Shown: positions 41,784 to 54,280, counted from the first letter of the stretch. The stretch: DNA of 64,000 bases from Octopus vulgaris (GCA_951406725.2 OX597815.1:66154001-66218000), one strand, 5' to 3'. Made by a program: numbers and translations. The notes: generated by a model not told the origin, from the sequence alone.

Positions 41784-43546
41784 CACTGTCTTACAAGCAA
41801 AGCCATTCATTTCTAATCTTCCATGAAAACATGTTTGGTTATGGGGAAATACTACTCGCTTACAAACAAGTGAGGTTTGGAGACTTGAAAGGCTTCTGCC
41901 CAAAGAAAATCTGTTTCAATGAATTCCATCTGACCCTTGTAAGCATGGAAAAGTAGACATTAAAATGGCAATGATGATGATGATTCATTGGAATGTTCTG
42001 GTGTCTATTTCTCCTTTCTTCATCATCATTATTTTATTCACTTTCCATGCTGGGATAGATAAGACAAAATACCACAGTCAGAATCAGCACATCTTCTGAA
42101 GTGGTGCTTATGTAGATGGGTCATAGTAACTGCATCCCAGTTAGTTTCTACAGCTGGAAGCCCTTCCTAACAGCAGCCATTTTACAGATAAGTATACAGG
42201 GTGTGTTTTTCATGGCAGCAGTATTAGAGAGATAGCCATGTCTTTGACAAAACAAAAGAGTCTACAGTGTGTTCAGAGCTAGCCCTATCAGATAGCAAGC
42301 ATAGAAGGACTTCCTCGATATAACCAAAGGGATTTCACATACCTGCTCATGAAATTTACACCTCTGCTTATGAATGTTTGTCCTCTATGCTGGCATGGGT
42401 TGGACGATTTAACAAGAGCTGGCAAGCCAGAGGGCTATGCCAAATGCTATTGTCTGTTTTAGCATGATTTCTACGGCTGGATGCACTTCCTAATGACAAC
42501 TATTTTACAAAGTGTACTGAGTACTTTTTTTGTTACAATAGCACTGGTAGGGTCACCAAGTAACTTGCAAGACAAGACAACATCCCCTTGATTGGTGGCA
42601 GGGAGTATCAAGGGAGGTAGCTTTGTACCAGCTGATGTGAGGTTAAAAGAATGATAGAAGGACAGAGATAGGTGTCTTGCTGTAGAAGAAATAAAAGGAT
42701 ATCCCAGTTGGAGAAGAAGGGAGGACACAGAGAGGAAGATAGAGATAAGGAAGGTGGGAGAGATGGTGGTGAATATGACTCAGAACACAGCTTCAAGGTG
42801 TAGTGGGGAAAAATAATAGGTGAAGTGATACAGAGGATTGTACTGAGGGGGTGGGGACAGAGAGGAATATTTCATAAGAATATGAGAGGAGATGGTTAGA
42901 TGGGATAGAGGAGGCTGTAGTAACTGAAGGTGAGATATATAGGAATGGCTCAGGGGGAGGGCTTAGGTTACATACATGATGGCACTGAGAATGATAGAGG
43001 ATAAAGGAAGTGTTAGGGATAGAGTTAAGCACAGAGGAAGGAGCTTGACTGGAAGAAGATGAGGAATGGAAACTGTTTTGGGGAGGGGAGGAGAGGGGAA
43101 GGTAAAGAAAGGAGAAGTGTGTAGTTTGTACCCATTTTGCTTTCAGGTGATTATGGTAGTTGAATAATATCAGATCGGAGGAGCAGTGAGAATGGGAGTG
43201 GGGCAGAGCTTTGCACATACAAGCATTTACTAAGGTGGTTTTAGGAAATCAATTCTATTGTGGTGGGTAGGTTTTAGTTAGAAATATAGATTCCTCAGGT
43301 GATGAATGAAAGACTTAAACAGCACACTACCTAAGTGTTACATAATATTATGTTGTATCTTTTTACATTCCAAGTTTAAATCATACCAAGATTAATATTC
43401 TTTAATCCTTCTAGAGTTGATAAAATAAGTACCTGTCATTTCTCATAAATGGTGATGCCAATGTCCTATGTAAAATAAATTCATTTGTAAACATGAATAT
43501 TGACAACTTCATGAACTACATGTGATATACAAAGGCCAAATTAGAT

Positions 43547-45780
43547 CTTATATTGAAACACTCATACAAGAATAGAATCTATATTAATGATAAAATGTAA
43601 TACAAAACTCACTTACAAATAACACATCTTATTAATTAATTAATATGAAATACCATAACCAAACCATTTCCTGATTGCTGAGAGATACCAGATGTCAATA
43701 GTCACAAAAATTTTCCTTGAACCTTTTAATATCAACCTGTCTGAGACTGCTTTTTATCTTATGATAAAACTTCTTGTTCAAAGTGATCTAAATTAAAACT
43801 TTCCATCAAAATTTCATGTTAATTTATTTATGTATCAAACACCACTTTAATAATGGTTTCAAATCTTGGCACAAGGCTAGCAATTTCAGAGGAGGGATTA
43901 AGTTGATTACAATTACTCCAATGCTCAACTGGTACTTATTTTATTGACACTGAAAGGGTGAAAGGTAAAGTCAATTGTTACAAAGTTTGAATTCAGAATG
44001 TAAAGAAACAAAATGCTGCTAAGCATTTTGCTCAGCACAGTAACAATTTTGCCAGTTCACAACCTTATATCAGTTTAATAATGACACTTATTTTACTAAG
44101 TTCCTTCTTAATTTCAAAATTAATTGAAACAAAGGCAGCATATTTCAACACAAGAGTTAACCCTTCATGGGGTGTGTTGTTACCTGAAATTTTTTTAAAT
44201 ACTCATAATTTCTAGTTGGCAACTTATTTTTTTGCTCCCTTCCTCTACTCTTCTGACTCAGTCAGAGTGTGCTGCAGGTGGTGTGGTGCAGTTATGGCTC
44301 AATTGTCATGGGAGGTAGACATCATTTTTGTCTGGTCACCCCATGTGACTAACGCAGTTCAAGTTTTGATTTAATGCATATTGTAACAGAGATTGCTTGT
44401 TATGTTATTTTTTCATGTTAATATTCATGACAGAGATTAAAAAATTCCACAAAATGGTGTATTCTGTGCATATTTTCAAAATATGATCTGAATCTAAGAT
44501 TTTTTAGTTTTCCTTAATTTTATATTTTGTTTTTGGATTTGGTTTGCAAGATTCTTTATATGAGTTCGTGTGTTGAAGCATATTCTGTTGTGTCTGGGAA
44601 GAGTCATTTTCTTTTTGTGCCTTATAATGTAACACACTCATTGGTAAAATTTCCACTTTTTTTCTTATTTTTATTTTCCTAAAATTTTCGTTGCGTCTTG
44701 CAACCTTTTCAATAGTTTTGACTATAAGAAAAAAGTGGAAATTTTACTGGTGATTGAGTTAGATTATAAGGTACAAAAAGAAAATTACTCTCCACAGACA
44801 CAACTTAATTTTATAATTTATCTTATTGTATTGTTTTATATCAATCAGCTACAAGGGTTTAAAACTTCTCAGCAGTGATTGCAGATATACATTCTGAACC
44901 AAGAGAATGAGTATATTTTACATAATGCTAAAACTATAAACATTTTTGTATTGGGGTGTGTAAACACCCCATATAACTAACCATGTTCAGCAAGGTCAGG
45001 TGACTAATGAAGGGTTAATAATAATAACAAATGAGAAACAGAAGAACTATAATTCCTATGATTCTTGCTTCATTAAAATTTAGGAAAAAAAAACAGCAAT
45101 ACAAACCTACACTACAATAACTTGACAGGTTTTCCTAAAAGTAATCTGAGCATCAGATTATGTCTAGGAAAGGCATGAATGTCACAGTTGAAGATATTAA
45201 ATAAAAATTAAAACAGAAATGCAGCAGAACTGTGCCAGTGATCAGATCACAGCTGTGTGACAAAAAATGACATTACAGGTTCAGTGTGTGAGGCTGGATC
45301 TGGTCAATTTGAACATAAAACAGGTAGAATATTTCCGCCAGGTACAGCCAGTTACTTAAGGATTAAATTTTGTTCTAGTCTATTGAGAATGTCTGTTGTT
45401 TATGGTGATATCTAGTGGTTATTTAAGCTAGTGTTATAACTCTTATATTGAAACTCCCACACAAGCATAGCATTTATATTAATAATAAAATATAACACAA
45501 AACTCAATTATGAATCATAACACATCCAAATAATTAATTAGAACCAGACACCATGACTAAACTATTGCTGAGAAACATCAAATATCAATAGTTACAAGAA
45601 TTTTCCGTAAACCTTTTAATATTAACCTGTCTGAAACGGCCTTTGGACTTATTCTTTTACTTGTTTCATTTGTCTGCAGCCATACTGGAGCACAATAAAA
45701 TTTCCTGTTTAAAGTGACCTAAATTAAAACTTTGCATCAAAATTTTATGTTAATTTTTATGTATCAAACACCAGTTTAAG
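43547..45780 (+). repeat. Older dispersed direct duplication (43547-43850 vs 45443-45780)
   Basis: Colinear diverged match from CTTATATTGAAAC through TTGCTGAGA and AACCTTTTAATAT.AACCTGTCTGA to TATGTATCAAACACCA. Confidence 0.8.
44161..45014. mobile_element. TTAA-flanked non-autonomous DNA element with a nested hairpin repeat
   Basis: TTAA-CCCTTCAT...ATGAAGGG-TTAA (8-bp terminal match only). Internal inverted repeat 44586-44668 / 44724-44803. Confidence 0.5.
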
Positions 45781-45835
45781 GCAAAATGTGGTTGTTTAGG
45801 TTGATGTTGTAAAATTTTCAATGCTATCCAAGTAT

Positions 45836-46245
45836 CATAAGACTTTGCAAGAAGCTAGACATGCAGTTGCAGATCATATTCACATGTGTGTGTCTGTGAA
45901 GGGTGCATCATACCCTTAAAAGAAGTTAAAATCAGTATTGTAAAGTAAATGAAACATTTGCTAGTTTTCTAGCAGTGATACCTATTTACAGCCAGGTAGA
46001 GTGGACAAATGGGAGTTACAAATCAAGTAACTGAATGACATAAGACTTTGCAAGAAGCTAGACATGCAGTTGCAGATCATATTCACATGTGTGTGTCTGT
46101 GAAGGGTGCATCATACCCTTAAAAGAAGTTAAAATCAGTATTGTAAAGTAAATGAAACATTTGCTAGTTTTCTAGCAGTGATACCTATTTACAGCCAGGT
46201 AGAGTGAACAAATGGGAGTTACAAATCAAGTAACTGAATGACATA
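45836..46245 (+). repeat. Tandem duplication of a 203-bp unit
   Basis: 45836-46038 is repeated at 46039-46241 with one visible mismatch (gtggac/gtgaac) and CATA microhomology at the junctions. Confidence 0.95.
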
Positions 46246-46884
46246 CAGAAAAATTTTCAAATAGGCACAAGTATGGCTTGCTTTGCAGCCATGTGGTTTT
46301 CAGATTCACTCCCACTGCACAGTATCAAGGGCAAGTATCTTCTACTATAATCTGGGCTTTGTGAGTGAATTTAGTAGACAGAAACTATGCAGAAACCTGT
46401 CATATATGAGTATATATACATGTGTGTGTATGTGTGTCCCACACTGCATAAGTCAGATGGAATTTGTTGAGGCATATTTTCTATAGCTGAGACACCCTTC
46501 TTGTCACTAACTCTCACTTATTTTCAAACAAAGTTTGTTTGCATCCCCATTACTTAGCAGTTTGGCAAAAGAAACTGATAGAATAAGTACCAGACTTTCA
46601 AAAATAAATACTGAAGTTGATTTGTTTGACTAGACATTTCAAAGCAATGCTCCAGCATGGCTGCAGTCCAATGACTAAATCAAGTAAAGGACAAAACAAT
46701 TAACTGAAATTTGCCTTTTAGTTAGAGAAGGGAAACCAAAACCTAGTGTTAGCTGTGACTCTTGATTAAAAGAGGAGATAATTTCAAAAAATTCATAATT
46801 AATTTCAATACTTGGAGAGAAAAAATATGTGTTCTTTGTTAGCAGATAAGGTGACAGCTGCAGACATTTTATAGTTTTATTGAG

Positions 46885-47315
46885 ATGCAGGTATGATTGT
46901 GTGGTTAAGAAGTTTGCTACCAAACTACATGATTTCAGGTTCTGTCCCACTGCATGGCACCTGAGGTAGGTGATTTCCACAATATCCCCCAGACTGACCA
47001 AATCCTTGTGAATGGATTCAATAGAGAGAAACTGAAAGAAGCCTTTCATGTGCATGCGTGTGTGTTGGTGTATACCCTTTTCTTGACATATGATGGTTGT
47101 AAATGAGCATCACCATCATACAAGCAACACTGTTCATTTCCAGTCTTCTGCAAAAACATGCCACAACATGGGGAAATATCTTGCTTGAAAATAAGTGACA
47201 ATTGGTGGCAGGAAGGGCATCTCAGCTGTAGAAAATATGACTCAACAAATTCCATCTGACCCATGCAAGCAATGGAAATTCAATGTTAGATGATGAAGAT
47301 GATGATAATGATGAT
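46885..47315 (+). mobile_element. tRNA-derived CORE-like SINE with (GAT)n tail (representative copy)
   Basis: Same head as the previous family but a different 3' part (GGCAGGAAGGGCATC...CCCATGCAAGCA..GG, then GATGAT). Other copies lie at about 8340-8750, 17200-17640, 18505-18850, 40655-41085 and 41553-41985. Confidence 0.78.
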
Positions 47316-47338
47316 GAAAAATAGAAAACAGTACTTAC

Positions 47339-47838
47339 GAATGTAATGTTGCAAGAGCTTGTCCCATTTCTTCACTTCTAAAAGTGTTTTGATTTAGCAT
47401 GTCAATAGATGGAACAAATATACAAGCAGACTCCGGTGAACGTGTATAAAATGGACTATTAGCAATTGTCTGTACAATTTCCATAAATTCAGGAGAGGTG
47501 GGCTGAGAAATACCAATTCCTTTCTCATCCACAAATTTTTCAAAAGGATATACGTAAACACTGATTTTGGTATCATCATTGTATCCACAGTGGTAAACAT
47601 CCATACATGTGTGGAAGATGCAGTCTTGATTATGAGATAATGGCTGGGAACTAGTTGACAGGATTTTAACTTCTCTACTTTTTTCAGCAGTTTGAAAATT
47701 GAAATGGTAAACTTCAGATGGCTTGTTTGAATTAGGCCAAAACAAAATGGCACTTAGCAGTAATACAAACAGTAATATTAATATAAATTGGTAATTGTTT
47801 TTATAAAATGTTCGCACCACTCTAGTTCTCCCAACCAT
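47339..47838 (-). CDS. EXT2: Exostosin-2 (heparan sulfate copolymerase subunit), first coding exon
   Basis: ORF has a type II membrane anchor (FILILLFVLLLSAILFWP), then CIFHTCMDVYHCG, KISVYVYP, SPEFMEIVQTIANSPFYT and ACIFVPSIDMLNQN, matching the EXT2 N-terminus as I recall it. Start context ccATGG. Ends TC|GTAAGT (phase 2), the same intron position I recall for vertebrate EXT2. Candidate acceptors lie at 47871 (strong pyrimidine tract) or 47841. Confidence 0.93.
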
Positions 47839-48162
47839 GGCTGGTAATTATTTTTAAAAGAAAAAAAAAACTGAAAAAGAAAGAAGAAAATGTGAACTGA
47901 AAATATTTGCAAACTTTATGGAAGAAAATAAAGTGCAGGTACAACATCAATTTCCAGAATTTTTGGTTCCAAAGCTTTTCAGAAAAAGTGATTTTTTCTG
48001 AACATGGGCTGGTCACCACACTCTAAATTAAACAAATATTAAATTTACTTAAATAATTAAATGAAATACAGGTACCTGTACATTAGTGTGGATTGTAGGA
48101 GGTTCCGGAACATCAGTGTCCAGAAAGTTGGTGTTGTACATGTATGTATGTATGTATGTATG

Positions 48163-48199
<37 letters not shown>

Positions 48200-48669
48200 C
48201 AAATTTACAGAAAACAAAAGATGAAGACAGATGTAGGAACAACAAGCAGGTGTATTAGTTTAATGCTCAGGAATAGAGGAAAAGTTTTTAACGTTTCGAG
48301 CCTAGAGAGAGAAAAAGAAAATATACAGAGTTCAAGGATCCACCATGACGAGATGTGTGTGAGTATGAACGTGCATGTGCACATGAGTGTTTGTGTCACA
48401 TTGTCTTGACATTGACAGAGAAATGAGTGTCACTGTCATACAATCAGTGTCATTCCTTTCCAGTAATCTATGAAAACCTGTCTGGCCATAGGAAAATATT
48501 ATTTTGCTTGAAAATAGATGAGGATTAGTGGCCAGAAGGGCATCTGGCAATAAAAAATCTGCCTACATAAACTCCATGGAAGATGGTTGCCAGAGATGTC
48601 ATGCAGTGGGATTGAACCTGAAACCAAGTGATTGGGAAGTAAGCATTTCACCTACACAGCCACACTTGT

Positions 48670-49120
48670 GTCATCATCATCATCGTTTAACGTCCGTTCT
48701 CCATGCTAGCATGGGTTGGACGGTTCGACCGGGGTTCTGGGAAGCCAGAAGGCTGCACCAGGCTCCAGTCTAATCTGGCAATGTTTCTACAGCTGGATGC
48801 CCTTCCTAACGCCAACCACTCCATAAGTGTAGTGGGTGCTTTTTACGTGCCACCTGCACAGGTGCCAGGCGAGGCTGGCAACGGCCACGGTCGGATTGGT
48901 GTATTTTATGTGCCACTGGCACGGAAGCCAGTCGAGGCGGTGCTGGCATCGGCCACGAGTCGGATAGTGCTTTTTACGTACCACCAGACCAGGGATCCTG
49001 GCTGGTTCAATTCGATTTTGATTTCGATTTCGCTTGCCCCAACATGTCTTCACAAGCAAAGGGGGTTGGCATGGGTGCCGGTTGTACGGTCGCATTGGAG
49101 TATTTTACGTGCCACGGCCA
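48670..49120 (-). mobile_element. Young (GAT)n-tailed retroposon (RTE-type tail) with internal tandem hairpin units
   Basis: Near-identical 3' region (CATCGTTTAACGTCCG..CCATGCTAGCATGGGTTGGACGGTTCGAC) is shared with copies at 32940-33143, 33863-34210, 60720-60972 (opposite strand) and 63879-63920. Confidence 0.75.
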
Positions 49121-52100
49121 TGTATAATAACATGAAGAGGTTGACACAAAGAAAATAGCTAATTGGGCTGCATCTGAATTCAATGGTATGGTTTCTTTGC
49201 GCTTCTAAATGAATTTTTAAAAAAAAAAAAAGGTGATAATATATGAAAGAACATAACTAATCTCGGTTGGTTGTTGGCTTAGGTTTTGATTAAGCAAAAA
49301 CACTTTGCCAGAGATGTGACACAAGCTACATCTAAAATCTAGAGAAGATGATGGATATGCTGATGATGATGATTTCTGGGACAGAAAAAAGGACACAAAT
49401 TTTGTTATTATGGAAGTCGAAGGGATAACATAAATCACCTTCACTACTTGACAGGTACTTATTTCATTGATTCTAGGAAACTGGAAAGCAAAATTGACCT
49501 CAGCAGGATTTAAACTCAAAACTTAAAAGGATATAACTACCTGGGTACCATTTCTGTCATTATTACCATTTATATGACAAATGATCTAGATTTTGAAATA
49601 ATTTCTAATAATCCCAAGCTACTGATGAAGTCAAACATTTTTAAAGATTTAATTGCTAAACACATAGTTTCAGGTTCAGTCCCACCGCATGAAACATTGG
49701 GCAAGTGTAGTCCCAGGCTGATCAATACCTAGTGAGTGGATTTGGTAGACAGAAACTGTGTGGAAGCCTATCCTTGTCCCTATACCCATTCCTTTCCCCC
49801 AACATTCATCTATCCTTGGCACATATTACATCCCCTAACTCTTTGTGCTACCAGTTACTGCCTTCCCCCAACCACACCACACACACACAATTCCAGCCCT
49901 CATTCTCATTATCATTTCATCCCCCACATACCTCCAGCTATATTTCTTCTCTGCTCTGCTATACTTCATTTTAACACCTCTCATATCTGCTATCATTCCC
50001 AATGCTCGCTTAAGTTTGCCACCACACACACACACTTCACTACAACGACCTTTATGTATATCTATATCTCATTCCTCCACTACTTTTGTGCCTTGTTCAT
50101 TATCCCCTACTCCCTGGACTATCATTCCTGAGCCATTTCTGTCTCTCTCACCTAACTCCACCTCATTACTGATATTTCCCATCAAGCTACACCTCCATTC
50201 CTGTTCATCACTCACTACAATCACCTCTACCCTATCTCTAGCTATCTATTACTCTCCCCACACACACTTATAACCACTTCCCTTTCCTCATACATTATTT
50301 GTTGTTCCTTGACGTTATGGCACCCCATCACTACCATCCTATCTTCCTCCCAGATATTCCTACTCACCCTTGTATAACTGCAGAGTTAGCAAGAGGCCTC
50401 TGCTTGTCCCTGCCATAAAGTCACCTCTCTGCCCTCTCAAAAACTCACCTACTTAGTTAAAAGGGCTTTTCTTCTTTCCTGTCTTGCAAGTTACTTGGCA
50501 ACCTCATTGGTGCTGATGGCACGAAAAATAGCATCCAGTACACACTGTAAAGTGTCGATATTTGGAAGGGCATTCTGCCATAGAAACCGTGCCAAAGCTG
50601 ACTTGGAGCACACCAGTTCAGCAGGTCCTGTCAAACCATCCAATTCATGCAGTATTGGAAAACGGACGTTAAAATGACGATGATTATGGTGTATGTGTGT
50701 GTGAGTGCGTGTCTTTGTCCGCCATCGCCGGTTGACAACCAGTGTTGGTTTGTTTACATCCTTGTAACTTAGATGTTCAGTAAAAGACGCCAACAAAATA
50801 ACAGATACTAGGGGAGAAATGTTTTTGTTCGACTAAACACTCGAAGGTGGTGCCCTAGCATGGCCGCAGACCGGTAGCTGAAACAAGTAAAAGGTAGAAG
50901 TAACTTTTAAGTGTATACACTAATGAAACTGAACAATATCTCTTCACTTGACACGAATGTCCTGAACTCCAAAGGCGCCATCTGTTTGTCTTGAATTCGG
51001 GAAACGTCAGTTTAAAGTTTATACATCTTTATATTTATAATTTATCTAAAAATACATAGATAATGGTGAATGTGTAGGATAGCTGTTGTCTGAAGTAAGA
51101 TATTTAGATAATGTACACATGCTTCCTGTGGTTTGTCTGTTCACTTCCGTTGACCATATTAAAATGGTATCTAGAATCTAAAAGGAATTTAATTTTAAGT
51201 AATGTTTTAATTTCACAAGGTTATAGCAGGAGTTGCTATACTATGCTGAGAAAAACACAGATGACATTGTATGTAACGTGTCCTGCAAATATATCAACTA
51301 TAAACAGCGCTTGATTTTTTAAATAAATAATTTTTAAAAAACATTAATAAATATGATGACTTTTACAATGGTACACAGACACAAAATTCAACTTTAAGAC
51401 GCTAAATTAAAGTAAAATGTCCTGAACCATATACTCGTCAAATAGTTTTAGGATTTCCAGTCATCTCTGTGGAATTGGTAAAATGATACAAGTAGTGGGA
51501 ATAGCTAGGATTAAATAATACAATTAAACTAAATATAAGTAAACAAGTATTTCAGAGTAGAAATGAACTGGGATCATAATACACAGATATTATCTATAAA
51601 AGCTAAATCTTTTATTTTAATAACCCCTAATGCGCGTAAGTGGGTGACCCTTGATTTAAAATAATTTACAGTTTTAATTAATGTTTCTTAAGTAGATAAG
51701 AAGCAGGTTTGTGACTGTGATGTTCATACGTTTCTCAAGAGTAATATTAGTGATGTAATGAATGTTAAATTATCCAAAAAGCGGGGCCGAAATTGATTAA
51801 CATTGGTAGAAAGCCTAATGATGATGATGATGGCTGCTTACCAAAACATGACACTTGGAAAAAGAAATGAAATTATGTACCAGACATTTTCTTTCTTCCT
51901 AAGAGCATTAAGAATATATTTCAAGAGTTAAGAAACAAAATAATTTGCTTTTTTAAGGGAGAAATTAAATCGAGATTCCTTGATTACCAAATTTATCTTC
52001 ATCGACAAAATATCCCATTCGATGTTATTTCAATCTTCAGAAGATTGAGGGGGTTGTTGTCGAAATTAATAAAACAAAGGTGGAGAAGGACTATTTCAAT

Positions 52101-52899
52101 TCTGTTCCTAAGAACAGATGTGAGAAACGTAATTACTTTGAAGATTGTAACGAAGATGGAATTCTAAGATATTTATTTCCTGTCCGATAATGTTCTTCGA
52201 CAGAGAATTCCAAGACTGCTGAGTAAGATAACAAGAAAACAACAGGTTAATACTCCTCTAAATTCCAGAATGAGATTAACTGATAACAAATGTTAATGTT
52301 ATTTCAGGGTAAAATAAAGATATCACAAAGAAAACAAAAACAATAAGTTGGGATCTTAAGTCGTTTCATCTGTAATGGTCCCAAGAGAAATAATTAAATA
52401 ATCTCAAAGGAATTGATAATTTCCAATTTTGATATATCAAGACATTTATCGAATCTCCTGAAAATATAGTTAGTTCCAATGTAAAGCTAATATCACTAGC
52501 GATCAGAGAAAAGTATTTTAATAAAGTAAACATTAAGGTCCGATGAAGCGAGTGGCGGTTTGTCTGCGTCGGCAATTAGTGAAGAATATAAACAGTTGGA
52601 AAGCGGAGGAAGACGGAAAAGCATAACGATTTTGACATAGTCCTTCGTTTCTATGTAGGGTACGGTTAGAAATCTTTCATCGAGGATGTTAATTATTAGA
52701 CTTTCCTTTCTCTCAACGTCAATTAAATTAAAATTTTAAATTGTGTAGAGAAAATGACATCCAACAAACGATCTATGATCGTAGATGTATCAACAAATAA
52801 CACATTAATGACTATAAATAATCAACTTCGTATATAATTCCAAGCACCAGATGAAGTTAGAAGTACAGTTAATAAGTTAGTGGGTGGAATTAGTAAGAA

Positions 52900-53130
52900 A
52901 GACATTGATGAATGAGACTATAAGCAAAAGCAATTTACCTGGTCGTGTGGTTTAATTCGCGTCAACCAGCTTCAGACATCCATTTCCGGTTCTGACGTCA
53001 GAGAGGTGCGCGCGCACTGCCAGCAGCGAAGCAGACGACTCGGTTGCATCGCGGCGGCGGCAGCGGCAACAGCGGAGGCGGCTGTTGTTGGGTGACTGCA
53101 GCTAGGATTTCTCTGGCAAAGCAAGGTAAA
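52900..53130. promoter_or_regulatory. CpG-rich bidirectional promoter between EXT2 and DAGLA
   Basis: Strongest non-repeat CpG/GC-rich island in the window. Contains an ETS-type TTCCGG (52984-52989), the palindrome TCTGACGTCAGA with a perfect CRE (52991-53002), the palindrome GTGCGCGCGCAC (53006-53017, NRF1-like) and a GCG/GCA run. Divergent coding exons lie on either side. Confidence 0.75.
52939..52990 (-). other. EXT2: Probable non-coding first exon of EXT2
   Basis: Minus strand reads CCGGAAATGG...ACGACCAG|GTAAAT at the edge of the CpG-rich promoter, about 5 kb upstream of the first coding exon. The transcription start is approximate. Confidence 0.55.
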
Positions 53131-53424
53131 ACTCTCAGTACTAAATATCAACAACAAACAGATCAACCACTACCACACATAAATCGACAAACAGCAGTGG
53201 AAAGTAAAAAAAATCAAAGTATCCAACTGAAACAACCCAGTTATATTCCAATATAACTTCGTTGTGGTCATCATGGATTTATTTCGGAGGCATTTTAACC
53301 AAATATTTTCGGAAAGATTTTCGCCTACCATATGAAAGGATGAAATAAAATGGAATAAATAACAAATGCATACATATTTCCGGATATTCTACGACCAGCC
53401 TGATTAAAACATTCTGTTTCCACG

Positions 53425-53519
53425 ATGCCTGGTTTAGTGGTATTTAAACGAAGGTGGTCCATCGGATCCGACGATCTGGTTGTACCTGCCGTCATCATGA
53501 TCGTCGTGCATCTCGTATG
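53425..53519 (+). CDS. DAGLA: Diacylglycerol lipase alpha, first coding exon (95 nt)
   Basis: Translates to MPGLVVFKRRWSIGSDDLVVPAVIMIVVHLVW, closely matching the DAGLA N-terminus (MPGIVVFRRRWSVGSDDLVLPA, recalled) and less well DAGLB. Ends TG|GTAAGA, phase 2 within the Trp codon. Confidence 0.92.
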
Positions 53520-53615
53520 GTAAGACATCTCTTTATTATATTCCTTTCTTTTGAATATATATATATATATATATATACATTACTATGTTATCTCTTCTTG
53601 AGACTTGATAACTAG

Positions 53616-53713
<98 letters not shown>

Positions 53714-53817
53714 CATACAAACACACACATACGTAGATTCAATTTCTCTAATAATAATGATAATATATACATATCTATGTATGAATATGTATGTATATAT
53801 ACATATATACTTATCTA

Positions 53818-53859
<42 letters not shown>

Positions 53860-53891
53860 CATATATACTTATCTATGCATATATACATACA

Positions 53892-53926
<35 letters not shown>

Positions 53927-54237
53927 TTATATACATACATACTATATATATATATATATATTACTATAAATGTTTCATACAACATGTATGCGCTACTAAT
54001 AATTCGTTTCCCCGCCGCTGCACCATATCTAATGGCTGTGCTCCAGCATGGCCACAGTCATTGGACTGAAACACGTAAGAAAAGATTAAAGTACGTTCAT
54101 CTGACGCTGATTAATGTACTTCTGTGCGTGAAACTATTAGTAGCGCACATAATGCATGTAGTAAGAAGCATTTATAGCAATATTAGACGCTCATTAGATG
54201 GAGTATTCTTCTTATTGATTTTTACACAAATTAATTT

Positions 54238-54280
<43 letters not shown>

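Noticed and set aside
1-47338. Further constitutive EXT2 exons (expected W..G.NHL.FNMLPG)
   Set aside because: Not found by eye, so the next exon probably lies left of the window. A diverged exon could have been missed.
48703-49158. Recurring MLAWVGRF... ORFs (also 32984, 33910)
   Set aside because: Antisense reading of a repeated retroposon tail, not a gene family.
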